This document shows positions 24,436-37,042 of a stretch of DNA of 64,000 nt, piece after piece. Both the position numbers and the translations under genes were made by a program. The notes under the pieces are model-generated. The model did no database searches and was not told where the DNA came from. It saw only the letters and a program-made list of their open reading frames with translations. Within the stretch, counting starts at the first letter, position 1; each line of letters starts with the position of its first letter. Source of the stretch: Octopus sinensis (taxonomy: Eukaryota); assembly GCF_006345805.1 (NCBI RefSeq), contig NC_042998.1:96534001-96598000 (forward strand), given 5' to 3'.

Positions 24436-24895
24436 TATATATGTATGTGCGTCTGTGTGTTAAAAGTAATGGTATAACAACAAAAGAATGGATGAGACCT
24501 CGATATTATGTTAATAGAGGAATTTATCTGTAATATAATATGTGACAATTATTCGGTTGCCATAATAAATCTCCGAGTTTCGGAATGTCGGGGCGGAAAT
24601 CTACTCCGGCATCTCGTCAGTTATTAAGGCAATCATTGAATGTCTTAATAACTGACGAGATGCTAGAGCAGATTTCCGCCCCGACATCCGAAACTCGGAG
24701 TTTTTTTATGGCAACCGAGTAACTGTCACATATTATATTACATATATATACGACGGGTTTCATTCAGTTTCCGTCTATCATATCCCCTCACAAGGCTGTC
24801 GTTGGCCCGAGGCTTCAGTAGAAGACACTTGCCCGAGGTGCTACGCTGTGGGACTGAACCCTGAACCATGTGGCTGGTAAGCAAGCTACTTTTAT
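24140..24895 (-). mobile_element. SINE family 2 copy interrupted in its central microsatellite
   Basis: Tail/body at 24140-24400 and head at 24750-24895, separated by the inserted hairpin element. Confidence 0.8.
24531..24740. mobile_element. Fold-back element with a hammerhead-like core in each arm
   Basis: Arms of about 95 bp, near-perfectly inverted around a 15-nt spacer. CTGACGA...GAAACTCGGAG occurs on both strands. Confidence 0.8.
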
Positions 24896-25029
24896 TCATA
24901 AAATTGGCCATGAAAGCCGTACACAGATGAGTAGCTGCGGGCTGGACAAAAACATTAATGAGATGATGATGATAATGATGAACAAAAATCCTAACCGCTT
25001 TGTCCTTGCGCAAGTCGCCACGTTGGCAG

Positions 25030-25228
25030 TCCACTCAGCTGGCCTAAAATGAGTAGCACCTGTATTTCAAAGGGTTGGCATTGTCACATTTTGTGTGACG
25101 CCAAATCTCCCTGAGAACTACGTTAAGGTTACACGTCTCTGTTGAGTGCTCAGCCACTCGTACATTAATTTCACGAGCAGGATCTTCCGTTGGTCGGATC
25201 ACCCAGAACACTCCCGATGGAGTGCCAT
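25030..25228 (+). mobile_element. tRNA-derived SINE (core B + tail Y), 5'-truncated
   Basis: CCACTCAGCTGG..AAAATGAGTA followed by CCTGTATTTCAAAGGG...GAGAACTACGTTAAGG tail. Confidence 0.75.
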
Positions 25229-25589
25229 TTTTAAAAATTAGTTTATTGTTAACTATCGGAGGAAAAGAGGGTACTCAGAAACATAATAACGAGTAGTAAT
25301 ATATATTGTGTTGGGTGAGTAAGATTCTTGTTACTCTGAGTTATAACTATTACTCATAACATCACTCAAGATCCTGTGTACCTCCAGGTGACTGATTCGA
25401 CCGACCTCATATTGTATGAAGATTGATCAAGGTATCTGATGATCTACTATAGATGTTCTGTGCCTATTAACGTACAAGGATTTTTGAGAAGTTTCTCTTA
25501 TACGAAATATTATAGCTCATACCGATCAACGTCTGTATGTATTTTAAATGTTATAACATTTTTATTTTCATTTAATATTGTTTCAAGTA

Positions 25590-26810
25590 CGTAAATTCCG
25601 CCGCGAGCCACTTTGTCTTTCATTCTTACGGGGTCAATAAAATACATACCGGTTGAACACTGAGGCCAATGTAACCGACTTACCCCTCTCCTAAATTGCT
25701 GGCCTTATGATAAAATTTGAAACTAATATTATTTTTCATTGTTAAGGTGGCGAGTTGCCAGGATCGTTTGCAACCAGGGCAAAATGCTTAGAGACATTTT
25801 GTCCGTCTTTACTTTCTGAGTTCAAATTCCGCCAAGCTCGACTTTGTCTTTCATACTTTCGGGGTCGATAAAATAAGTATCGATTGAACACTGGGTCGAT
25901 ATATTTGACTTACCCCTCCTTCAAAATTTCGGATATTGTATCTACAAAAGAAAGGACTCTTAAGGCGGCGAGCTGGCAAAATCGTTAGCACGCCGGACAA
26001 TATACCTAGCAGTATTTTGTCCGTCTTTACTTTCTAAGTTCAAATTCCGCCAAAGTGGACTTTGCGTGTCATCCTTTCCTAGTCGAAAAACTAAGCCCCA
26101 GTTGAGTACAAGGGTCGATATAATCGACTTACCTCCTCCCTCAAAAACTTGCTGGCCTTGTGCCAAAATGTGGAAGCAATATTATATTCATTGTTCCATT
26201 ATCAAGTATTGCTTTCACATCTTTTCAAGGCTAACAGTTTTGAAAGGAAGGTATACGTCGATGCTATCGATGCCACTATTTAACTGGTTCTTTATTTTAT
26301 TGACCAAGTGATTATGAAAGACAAAATTGACTTCGGTGGAAATTAAACCTTAGAATGTAAAGAGCCAAGATTCAAAATGTAAGAGCTGTAAAACATTTTT
26401 TCCGACGCTCCAAAGATTTTTGCCAACTGACCGCCATCCAACATCAAACATTCTTTCTAATTTTTCTACAATACTGGTAATTTGGAGAGCAAGGGCAAGA
26501 CAATTACCATTACTTGGCTGATATTTTATTGACCTCTGAAGGGACGAAAAATAAAGTTGGCTTCGGTGGAATTTGAACTCCGGATGTAAAGAGCGATGAG
26601 AAATGCAGCTAAATGTTTTGTTTGATGTGCTAGTGGTTCTGCCAGCCCGTTGCCTTTCCTTCACCAAACAGTGTTTCTAATATAGGCACGAGGCCTGAAA
26701 TTTAGGTGAGAGAGGTCAGTCGTTTACATCGACCCCATCACTTAATTGGTACTTATTTTATCGAACCCAAAATGATGAAAGAACGAAGTTGGCCTCGGCA
26801 CGATTTGAAT
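25590..26810. mobile_element. Cluster of six SINE family 1 copies (3 plus, then 3 minus)
   Basis: Plus copies at about 25590, 25745 and 25962; minus copies at about 26260, 26520 and 26680. Confidence 0.8.
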
Positions 26811-27571
26811 TCTCCAACACCAAATATTAAAATAAAAAATTATATTAACAAAAAAAAAATTGTAATTGTTGAATGAATCGTTTATTTATGCTTTTATTTA
26901 TGACTGCCTTTCTTGAAAATCTTTTAACAATATATTATTAAATTTAATTACTTTATATTTGTATTGTACTGACTATGCAGTATAATACGCGAGTGATAAT
27001 TCCTTATCGTAATGATAATTCCTATAGTAATAAACGTTCCTTATAGTAATTGTTTAATCGTTGTTTCTTAGTGACTATATGAACTTCAGGATTTTTGCGA
27101 AATTTTCAGAGGATTCCCGTGAACACGAGATTCCAATATATAATTTATTTTTTATAACTGGCAACCTAAATCTTATACGATGATCATCTCTCGGTGTTTA
27201 TCAGTATACGAACGTTGATACTGGTATCGCTGCTCATTAATAGATCATATTTTTCTTTTTCTTTATTTCAAACTTTGTTTTTTCAGAGGTATAGAGTCGT
27301 AAAATAAAACTGTTTAAAATATCTGCGAAATACTTACTTCTTAGAAAAAGTACTTTCCTATCAAGCAAATGTTTTTTTTTATCTTTTATTTTTTATTTGT
27401 TTCAGTTATTGGACTGCAACCATGTTGGGGCACCACTTTAAGAATTTAATTTAATTTTTTTTTTTGCTATTTTCTTTAATGCAAATAATTTTCCCTTTTC
27501 TTTTATTCGCATTTTCTGTGTTAAAATGCGTCATTTAGTTATTTTGTTCTTTTTCAATATTATTAGGTTGT

Positions 27572-27770
27572 CAAAGGCGACGAGATGGCAGAATCGTTAG
27601 CACACAGGGCAAAATACTTGGCAGAATATCGTCCATCTTTAGGTTCTGAGTTCAAATTTCGCTGAAGTCGACTTTACCTTTTATCCTCTCGGAGTGGATA
27701 AAATATGTACTAGTTGAACACTGGGATCGATCTAATCGACTATCCCCTTGCCCGAAATTACTGTCCTTGA
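27572..27770 (+). mobile_element. SINE family 1
   Basis: AAGGCGACGAGATGGCAGAATCGTTAG (A-box) and GAGTTCAAATTTC (B-box). Confidence 0.85.
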
Positions 27771-27864
27771 TTGTCCTCTCTATGTTTAGCCCCCTGTGGG
27801 CAATAAAGAAATATATATATATGTTTCGTCTTAAAACAGTAACAATAAAAATAAAATAAATGTT

Positions 27865-28098
27865 CCTTCCCGAGCCATGTCAGGCTCATAAGGGCCGGTT
27901 TCAGTGGCGTAGAAATTCCCCCCCTGGACGGGACGTCGGTCCGTCGCAGGATTACTCATTTTTGCCAGCTGAGTGGACTGAAGCAACGTGAAATGAAATG
28001 CTTTGCTCAAGAACACAACGCATCGCGCGGTCCAGGAATCGAAACCACAACCTTACGATCATGAGTTCAACACCCTTACCACTAAGCCACGCGCCCCC
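27865..28098 (-). mobile_element. tRNA-derived SINE (core B + tail X)
   Basis: Head GGGGCGCGTGGCTTAGTGG...GTTTCGATTCC, core TTGTGTTCTTGAGCAAAGC, tail GACGGACCGACGTCCCGTCCAGG...GAAACCGGCCCTTATGAGC. Confidence 0.85.
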
Positions 28099-29073
28099 AC
28101 AATACAATAACAATGGAACGGAATAAATATTACTCTTTCCCTCACCCCTGTAAAAACGGACCAATTTATCTAACAATCGAATATCTTTATTCAAACTTCT
28201 CTATAGGTTTGATCATTTGATGCATTCCAGATTCAAACAATAACGCTAGAAAACATAGATGTAGTAAAAGAGTCATTTAAAATAGTAATACGATACATAA
28301 CATGGATTGCACGAACTACAAAGAAAAACTCATCTTAATCTTAGCAGGAAATACAGAAGTAAAGGCGTATGACAAAGTCAATTGTTTTTACAGTCAATTA
28401 AATTTTCAACAATGTCTTAATAAAGTTTGCCTTCTACTAATTGTTTGACAGTTTGACCGACTAATATTTCTAGTCTTCCATTGTTTTAGTAGTCATGTCA
28501 TCTTCAATTTTAGATATAGAGATTGCATCTTCAGTGACAGACCTAGAAACTTAAATACATCAAGTATAAAGGAAGAAGACATCGTCTACTCAAACACAAA
28601 CATACACATATGCCGCACATATATAAACACAAATGCATACTCGCACACACACACAGAAACACACACATTGTACCGACATATATTACTATTAAAATGTCAA
28701 AATACATCAAAATGACAAACAGCACTTAACAACAAACTGAACAGACACTGACAGGAAATGGCATAGTAGAGTGCTCTACATACTAAGCACAAACAGCGGA
28801 AAATCTTACATATGTAATTGGGGGAATCGAAAAATTCGATCAATTGAAATAAGCCAAGCAATTAATGAACTCTCTCTAGAGCTATTTGAGATCTAAAACA
28901 AAAACCTCCAATAAGGTTCGATTGGTGGAGATTTTTGGACATCATAGGCAATGCTGATTTGAGTAAGTCTGGTCTTTAAAGACAACAGGTGACAGCAGCA
29001 AACTTGTTTCTGTCTTATTAAACCTTCCCAGTGAAACATATTCTACACTTTTTTTGCAAGATTAAAAGTGATC

Positions 29074-29076
<3 letters not shown>

Positions 29077-29158
<82 letters not shown>
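29077..29158 (+). repeat. (GATA)n microsatellite
   Basis: Directly visible. Confidence 0.95.
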
Positions 29159-29815
29159 AACAGAGGAAATACAGCGACTTTGATTATAAATGTCAAAAAT
29201 ATGAAGAAAAATAACTCAGAAGAGTGCTCTGTATACTAAATACATATATAATAGGTCACTTGAAAACCGAAAAATTATTGTTTTAGCTAACTAGATCACA
29301 ACAAATCTGTTTCTGACTGTTCATTCAGAGTTTTGAACCTATAACGGTAATATTTTGCAGAGTTTCCTTCTATAAGATAGGAAATAACGGTGACATTTGT
29401 AATACGATGCCCTGGATGGAGCAACACGGAATCTGCTTCCTTGGAACTCTAGTTTTAGTCCACTTGAATAATTGTTTGGTACCAGATATGACAACAGCTG
29501 TCGTTACTGTCGGCTACCCACAGAACAACACTGGTTAAGCGGTATCGTGCGGTCAAAAGTGTTTCAGCTGTGAACATCCGGTTCTTTTGTATATCTGGAA
29601 GTGCATATCCAATGTGCTGTATCATATGTTTTTAAGAAAGTATGGTGAGATTTAAAAGAGATTTGGCTCCTATTCCCAACAAGTCGAGCTGCAATCGTAT
29701 GGTAATCCTATATGAGAAGTAAATACGAGAGCTGGTTGGTCGAAAACAGTAAACTTTTCTATATCTCTGCTCCCTGCTTTGTTCTTATATGACGTTTATC
29801 CACTTAATGCGGAAC

Positions 29816-29858
<43 letters not shown>

Positions 29859-30148
29859 ACACACACACACATACACACACACACACATACATGTATACAT
29901 ATACATGTATCAAAGTTTTGTTTCCATATATAGTCATAAATGAAATCAGTCCAATAATTATAGGAGGATAAGATCAATGCTTATAAATAGTGTGTCACCT
30001 TTATTTCAACAACACGTTGACAGTGATTTCGCAGTTCCAGCTCAGTTGCGTCTGACAAATAGTCTAGCAGAGGAAACTAATTTAAACTTCGAAGTCACTG
30101 ACAACATTTTCTTATAAAATGATGTGTGTGCGTGTGTATGTATGTGCG

Positions 30149-30210
<62 letters not shown>

Positions 30211-30475
30211 CGCTCCCAGCTTAGTTTTTCTAATGCTCGTTGCTTAGTTTTTCTTGGAGGGCTGGCCGGATCTAGTAATCTCAAGATTAATCAGCCGAAA
30301 TTACTACGATGATCCGGTTCTTGACTGAAGACTGAGGGTTTCGAATGTCCTGTCCGTGTTTATTGTATCGTCTTCTAAGAGTTATACGTTCTTGTCCATG
30401 TTGTATTTTTCTACATACCTTAATATATATATATATATATACACTCACACACATACACACACACACACACACATG

Positions 30476-30520
<45 letters not shown>

Positions 30521-31074
30521 GTAATTAATAAAATATATTTAAACTCGCATTTTTATGACAACCCACCCACACAAATATTTAAGATTATAAAACATTGGTT
30601 CACTGCTTTCCGAGATTGAAAGAAGACCAACAAAATTACCGGCAATTGTATTTTTATCCTTTGTCAGTCGAGGAATGTGTTAGAGGTCAAAAGTTTGGCC
30701 AAAGAAGATACGAACGTATCTTAATTGAAAACGAAAGAAATGCATCTTGAGCATGGTGTAATCGGCAATGTGGTCTCTTATTAAGTGATAGATAAGCGAT
30801 TCGTGACTCGTCCACTGTCAAAGAAAATAGGCTCAATGTTCATGTATGGCCGCAATAACGGTTCTGTTCTGGTGCCATATACTCTAGTCATCGGGAAAAT
30901 CTCTAATGTAAAATCTCTGACAATCTGTATTCAAAATCACATTAATTTTCAATCCTATTCATTAATTAATTAGGTTCTTCAGATCTTTTGGCTTGTACTC
31001 AGCGCAAAAATCATTCGAATTTCATAATTTTTTTCTTCTCTTAAATAGAAATACACTTCGCAGTTTGTTATATG

Positions 31075-31405
31075 TTCCAGTCACTGGACTGCAGCCATGC
31101 TGGGGCAACACTTCAAAAGGTTTGGTCGAAAAAAAAAATCAACTCTTATGTTTATAAGCATGGTACTTATTCTATCGGTCACTTTTGCAGAACCTCTGTT
31201 ACAGGTACGTAAATGAATCAACATTGGCTGGGGGACAAATAAACACGCGCGCACGTGCGTATGCACACACACACAACGGGCTTCTTTCGCTTTTCGTCTA
31301 CTAAATCCACTCGCAAGGAGCTATAGTAAACGACCCTTGCCCAAATTGCCACACAGTGAGACTGAACCGAAGACCACTTGGTTGGGAAACAAACCTGTGC
31401 TTCTA
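31075..31405 (-). mobile_element. SINE family 2, internally deleted
   Basis: Reverse complement of the family 2 head and tail. Confidence 0.75.
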
Positions 31406-31624
31406 TTACTATTCGAAATATACAGTAGAGTCCACAGTGATCCATAGGTAGGAAAGGTGCAGCTGGAGGGTTAATGTCCAAAAGAGAATCCGTAAAGGGT
31501 AGATAGGTAGAAAGTCCAGTGGAGAAGTTCGTGGGTGATAAGAGATGACAGGATCAACTGGTGCGGCCCCGTGAGCGTGTGATATATGGGGAGAGTTCAC
31601 GAAAAAAAAACAAAAGACGAAGAT

Positions 31625-31790
31625 AAGTGGTGTAGAAAACAAACATGTATTAGTATAACGCTCAGGAATTGAAAAAGTCTTTTACGTTTCGAGCCTACGC
31701 TCTTCTACAGAAAGGGACACAGAAAAAAACAAGGAGAGAAACAATGGGAGAAAAAATGTGTGTAGTGACTACCGATCTATCATGGCGATT
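31625..31790 (-). mobile_element. PLE-type terminal repeat with hammerhead-like motif, copy 3
   Basis: Minus strand 31679-31715 reads CTTT-CTGTAGA-A-GAGC-GTAG-GCTC-GAAAC-GTA-AAAG. Related to the 7037 and 8153 copies. Confidence 0.6.
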
Positions 31791-33609
31791 GGCGATATTT
31801 GTATATCATATTTCCTATGGATTATCTGATAATCGATATCTTTGTTAAATTTGTCAAGCTTACCTGTGCATTAACCCGGTCGTTATCCCGGTTGTCCATA
31901 AAAGGCTGAGAATATAATATTCCTCATTAAATATGACGTTACATAGTCGTAGGGTTATCCCTCCAGCTATTATAGGTGCTTATTTTCAGTTGAATGAACT
32001 GGAACAACGTGAAATCAAGTGTTTTGCTCAAGAGAACATAGCCTAAAGCTTGTACTCGAAATCGAAATTATGACCATACGATTGTGAGTTGAAAAACCCC
32101 AAATCATTGGGCCACGTGCTTTCATAATTAGAAATATAGTTTGACACTATCTCCGTTCAAACAAACCTTTGATCAGAGACATCTTGATCATTTGTGTGTG
32201 GAGTGGGGTGGTGGGGGTTCCAAAACAACGTTGTTCACTGTTTCGTTCGTTTTTATTAAGATTATACTTTGAAGGAGATTTAGCCTCTGTTTTTTTTTTT
32301 TTTTAAGGTAGATCGATTGCAAAGCGGTATGCACATATTTCCTTGTGGTTACAGTCGACCAAATCGATTCCAGGCCTTAACTGCTGCTTATCTTATCGAC
32401 CATGGCGCAGTTTTCAACCCAGAACGTAACCAAATACTATACTAAATGAAATTGTCTACCGATTCTACCAAACACTATTTCAGTGTTTAGCATTACTGAT
32501 CATTAACATAGGCAGAAAAACCAAAATGTAATACAGTCGATAGGATCGACAATATTTTTGCAGTTCTCTTGTCTTCATTTTCAACGATACTTTGTTTGTG
32601 TCAATGGCAAATAGATTACCATAGCAGCAAACAGTTTCGACTTCCGCTTGTGAGGACACTGGACTTATTTTCATAGGCTAAAAAAATATATAACTTTTAA
32701 ATGCATATATCTTATATATTATTACTTTTTCGCAAAAATGGATGCAATATTCATCATTAGCATGCAAAACTACATCTGTGTGGTAAATTTGGAAGCAATC
32801 CATTGATAATTAAATCTTCAAATAAAAGAGATCAGGATTGACTTCACCGCACTTCATTGGCAATTATTTTTACCGACCTCAGAAAAATGAAAACCAAAGT
32901 TTGCCCCGACAAGATTCGAACTCTGCACAGAAAGAAACAAAACTTAATACTACAATGGCATTTTTGTTCGCCTGTCTGCAGTTTCTGGCAATCCACCGCC
33001 TTTTCGACATTTCGTAATATAACACAAAAGATTTTTACCAGTGCAAACATTGCCGTACACAATTTTCTAACAGAATAAATACGCAGAAGAATAAATAAGC
33101 ATTATATGGGGAGATGATCACTGTGTATATAATATAATAAGCAGTGTACATGTTGTAAGCAAATAAAAACTGGTTTCTTGACAGCAGAAATATATGAGTC
33201 ATCGTTGTCAAGGTTTTAAGAGATGTCAGCGATAGTTTTCAAAAAATGGTAAAAATGTTGAGTAGAGGACATTTTATAATGTCGACTAATGTTAGAGAGA
33301 GTAATGTTATTTAATAATTATCTAGTGAAGCTAGTGTTGAAGTTGACGAGGATTAAAGGATGATGATGATGATGATGATGATGACGATGGTGGTGGTGGT
33401 GGTGGCGGCTGCGGCGGCGGCGGCGGCAGTGGTGGTGGTGGTGGTGGTGGTGGTGATGATGATGATGATGATGACACCGACGACGACAACGGCAACAATA
33501 CATTATTTTGTAATTGTGCATTGACGCCTATTGTTGCGGAGTTGGAATACTATACTGAAATTATTTGCCTTTGCAACAAGCGTTAATAATAATCATTATT
33601 ATTATAGAC

Positions 33610-33835
33610 GCTAGGGCGGCGAGCTGGCAGAATCGCTACCGCGTCGGGGAAAATGCTTCGCAGCATTTCTTCCGCCTTTATGTTCTGAGTTCAATTTCCA
33701 CCGAGACCCACTTCGCCTTTCATCCTTTCGGGATTAATAAATTAAGTACCAATCAAGCACTAGGGTCGTTGTATTCGACTTACCCATTCCCAACGAATTT
33801 CAGGACTTGTGCCTACAGTAGGAAAGGATTATTAT
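33610..33835 (+). mobile_element. SINE family 1, near full length
   Basis: GGGCGGCGAGCTGGCAGAATCG...GAGTTCAATTTCC...GAAAGGATTATTATT. Confidence 0.9.
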
Positions 33836-33836
33836 T

Positions 33837-34203
33837 AGGAGTGGCTGTGTAGTAAGTATCTTGCTTACCAACCACATGGTTCCGGGTTCAGTCCCACTGT
33901 GTGGCACCTCGGGACAACCAAAGCCTTGTGAGTGGATTTGTTAGACGGAGGCTGAAAGAAGCTCGTCGTATATATGTATATATGTACGTGTGTGTATATG
34001 TCTGTGTGTCTGTGTTTATCCCACCCCAATACCGCTTGACAACCGATGCTGGTGTGTTAACGTCCCCGTAATTTAGCGGTTCGGCAAAAGAGTCCAATAG
34101 AATGAGTACTAGACTTACAAAGAATAAGTCCTGGTGTTGATTTGCTCGACTAAATGCGGTGCTCCAGTATGGCCGCAGTCAAATGACTGAAACAAGTAAA
34201 ATA
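33837..34203 (+). mobile_element. SINE family 2, near full length
   Basis: AGGAGTGGCTGTGTAGTAAG...GGGTTCAGTCCC head, central microsatellite, tail ...ATGACTGAAACAAGTAAA. Confidence 0.9.
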
Positions 34204-34462
34204 GTATAGAAGCGTTGGGCGGCGAGCTGGCAGAATCGTTACCGCATTGGGAAACATGCTTTGTAGCATTTCTTCCAGCTTTGCTTTCCATCTTTTCGGA
34301 ATCGATAAAATGAGTACTAGTTGAGCATTGGTACATCGACTTTCCCCCTCCCCCGAAATTGCTGGGCTCGTACCAAAATCTGACCTCTTTATTATTATAG
34401 ATTAGCTGGCCCCGCGCCTTCAAAAATGACGGCTAATTGTGGTATTTTATATATAAATATGT

Positions 34463-34787
34463 GGAGGCACATGGCCTAGTGGTTAGAGCAGCGGACTCGC
34501 GCTCGAGGGATCGCAGATTCGAATCTCAGACCGGGCGATATGCGTGTTTATGAGCGAAAATACCTAAGCTCCACGCGGCTCCGGCAGAAGGTAATGGCGA
34601 ACTTCTGCTGACTCTTTCGCCACAAATTTCTCTCACTCTTTCGCCACAACTTTCTCTCACTCTTTCTTCCTGTATCTTGCAGCTCACCTGCGACGGTCCG
34701 GCATCCCGTCCAGGTGGGGAACCTATACGCCAAGGAAACCGGGAAACCGGCCCCTATGAGCGAGGCATGGCTCGAGGAGGAGCAAAC
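34463..34787 (+). mobile_element. tRNA-derived SINE (core A + tail X) with 13-bp TSD
   Basis: Head GGAGGCACATGGCCTAGTGG, core GAGCGAAAATACCTAAGCTCCAC. TSD ATATATAAATATG at 34449-34461 and 34788-34800. Confidence 0.9.
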
Positions 34788-35074
34788 ATATATAAATATG
34801 GATGGTAAATCGAATTAATACACTTGTCAATGTTATCTAGCGGTTGTCTTTTGAGATGTGACATCGATCATCATTTGTTACACACAAACACATACACACA
34901 CACAAACATTCACATACTTCCTTTTTACATACATACTCATATACTCACACAGAGCTGAAACGCTCCCACTACCAGTTTGCCATTACCCCTTCCTTCCTTA
35001 TTCATCTGTCACCTCTTCCTTTCTCATTCATATATTGTGACGGAGAAAAACATAAGAGTATTATTATAGTAGAT

Positions 35075-35430
35075 GCTAGGGTGGTGGACTGGCAGAATCA
35101 TTACCGTGTCGGAGAAATGCTTAGCGGCATTTCTCCCGATTTTACGTCCTTTAAGTTCAAATTCTGCCGAGGCCCACTTTACTTTTCATCCTTTCAGGAT
35201 CGATAAAATGAGTATCAGTTGAACACTGGGGTCGATGTAATCGACTTAACCCCATCCATGAACTTGTTGGCCTTATGCCAAAATTGAAACCATTATTATT
35301 GAAGACACCTACAGGAAACACGAACAAATATTTTATGATCATTATTAATGCTTCGGGTAAAAGCGGTATTTGTCCCGACTTTACGTTCTGAGTTCAAATC
35401 CCGCCAAGGTAAACTTTGCCTTTCATCTCA
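35075..35430 (+). mobile_element. Two SINE family 1 copies
   Basis: Family head and body at about 35075-35295; partial copy at about 35350-35430. Confidence 0.8.
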
Positions 35431-35563
35431 TCCTAAGGTAGATGCCATCGACTGATCTCTCTCCTCAGAACTGCCGTCTGTTTGCCTGGAGGTGGATGTA
35501 TATCGACTTTCTCACTTCTAGTATCAGGCAGTCTACTGTTCTGTCGAATATTTGTATAAACAC

Positions 35564-35612
<49 letters not shown>

Positions 35613-35615
<3 letters not shown>

Positions 35616-36463
35616 TCTCTCTATCCGCTCAGTCGAAGTCGACTCTCGGTCACTCGTTGGATCAGTGTCCTCCAGTCAGTTCTATCCTGGGCCGCTTCTT
35701 TCAGATTGGCTATGTCCATTCCGGTATCAGTCTTGATGGTGTCGAGCCAGCGGGTTCTTGGTCGGCCTCTTCCTCTCTTGCCACTGACCATTCCGAACAT
35801 GATGTCCTTCTCCAGGGATTTTCTCCGCATAATATGACCGAAATATGCCAATCTATGCTTGGTGATCCCAGATTCTAGCGACATTTTCGGCCTTATCTGC
35901 TTAAGAACTTCTCCATTGGTGAGCCTCGCTGTCCATGGAATCCGCAAAAGTCTTCTCCAACACCAAAGCTCGAATGCATTAATTCTCTTCTGGTCAGCTT
36001 TCTTTAGTGTCCAGGTCTCGCATCCATATGTTACTACTGGGAAGACAATTGCATTCGCCAATCTGCATTTGGTAGCGAGTCTGATGTCTCTACTCTTCCA
36101 GACCCTGCTCATGCTGACCATTGACTCTCTGCCTAGTGCTATCCGCCGTCTTATTTCTGGAGTGCAGTCACCATCACGATTTATTTTGGAGCCAAGGAAG
36201 ATGAAATCATCAACCACTTCAATCTCTTCATTATCGATCTTGATGCTGATGTTTGTTGTGGCTGCTGTTGACATGATCTTCGTTTTCTTAACATTGAGGT
36301 ACAGCCCAAATTTCTCACTCTCTTTCTTGACCAGCAGGACAAGATCCTCCAGATCCTTACCACTCTCCGCCAGTAGGGTTGTATCATCTGCATAACGAAG
36401 GTTATTAATATTTCTTCCTTCAATCCTCACTCCAATGCTGCTATCCTCCAGGCCTGCATTCCA
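35613..36463 (-). mobile_element. RTE (BovB-like) LINE, 5'-truncated, uninterrupted reading frame
   Basis: 269-aa ORF 35621-36430: NINNLRYADDTTLLA...FIFLGSKI...YGCETWTL...YFGHIMRR...GKRGRGRPRTRWLD. Confidence 0.95.
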
Positions 36464-36854
36464 TGTGTGTGTGTGTTATCTTTCGTTTATTTCTTCGAGA
36501 AGTAAAGAAAACTGCAATTAGAAAATTTAGGACGAATAACGAGATCTGGGCTTCTAACATACAGGAAGAAAACAAGTACCGCAAAACACTCTTACTACAC
36601 CTTAACGATCCTGCCGCTCTCCGACTTGCCAAAAGTTGAAATCATAACGTAAAGAAGCCTATGAAAACCTGTTGAGTGGGTTATACTGAACTGTACCCAT
36701 AATTCAAAAGGCACGGCCTTGTCACACAATGTGTGCTATTTCAGGATTATCTAGAGGTTTTCCTCTATCTACTGACATATTTATTAGAGTAGATTTATGA
36801 GTTGTTCCTGGGTGTTGTAGAGTGTATATTAAGTTGATAAACATATTAGTTTCA

Positions 36855-37042
36855 AATTTTGGCTCAAAGCCAGGAAGTCCGGGGGAATGAGAAAGTCGAT
36901 TATTTCTTAATTTATACACCCCGAAAGGATGAAAGGCAAAGTCGACCTCGGCGGAATTTGAACTCAGAACGTAAAGACGGACGAAACGCCGCTAAGCGTT
37001 TTGCCTGGCTTGCTAACAATTCAGTCAATTCGCTGCCTTCAA
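36855..37042 (-). mobile_element. SINE family 1
   Basis: GGATGAAAGGCAAAGTCGACCTCGGCGGAATTTGAACTCAGAACG is the reverse complement of the family body. Confidence 0.85.

Noticed and set aside
29330-29620. Coding-like GC-richer stretch (minus frame SSKEADSVLLHPGH)
   Set aside because: Only a vague resemblance to nuclease motifs, frames are closed, and there are no convincing splice sites.
30250-30350. GGGCTG...CAGCC-GAAA and CTGAAGA motifs
   Set aside because: The core elements are in the wrong order or incomplete for a hammerhead.
30668-30715. 48-nt plus-strand exon-like segment (EECVRGQKFGQRRYE)
   Set aside because: Weak donor (GTATCT), no recognisable homology and no supporting neighbouring exons.
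35859-36395. 178-aa plus-strand ORF
   Set aside because: Antisense shadow of the RTE reverse transcriptase ORF.
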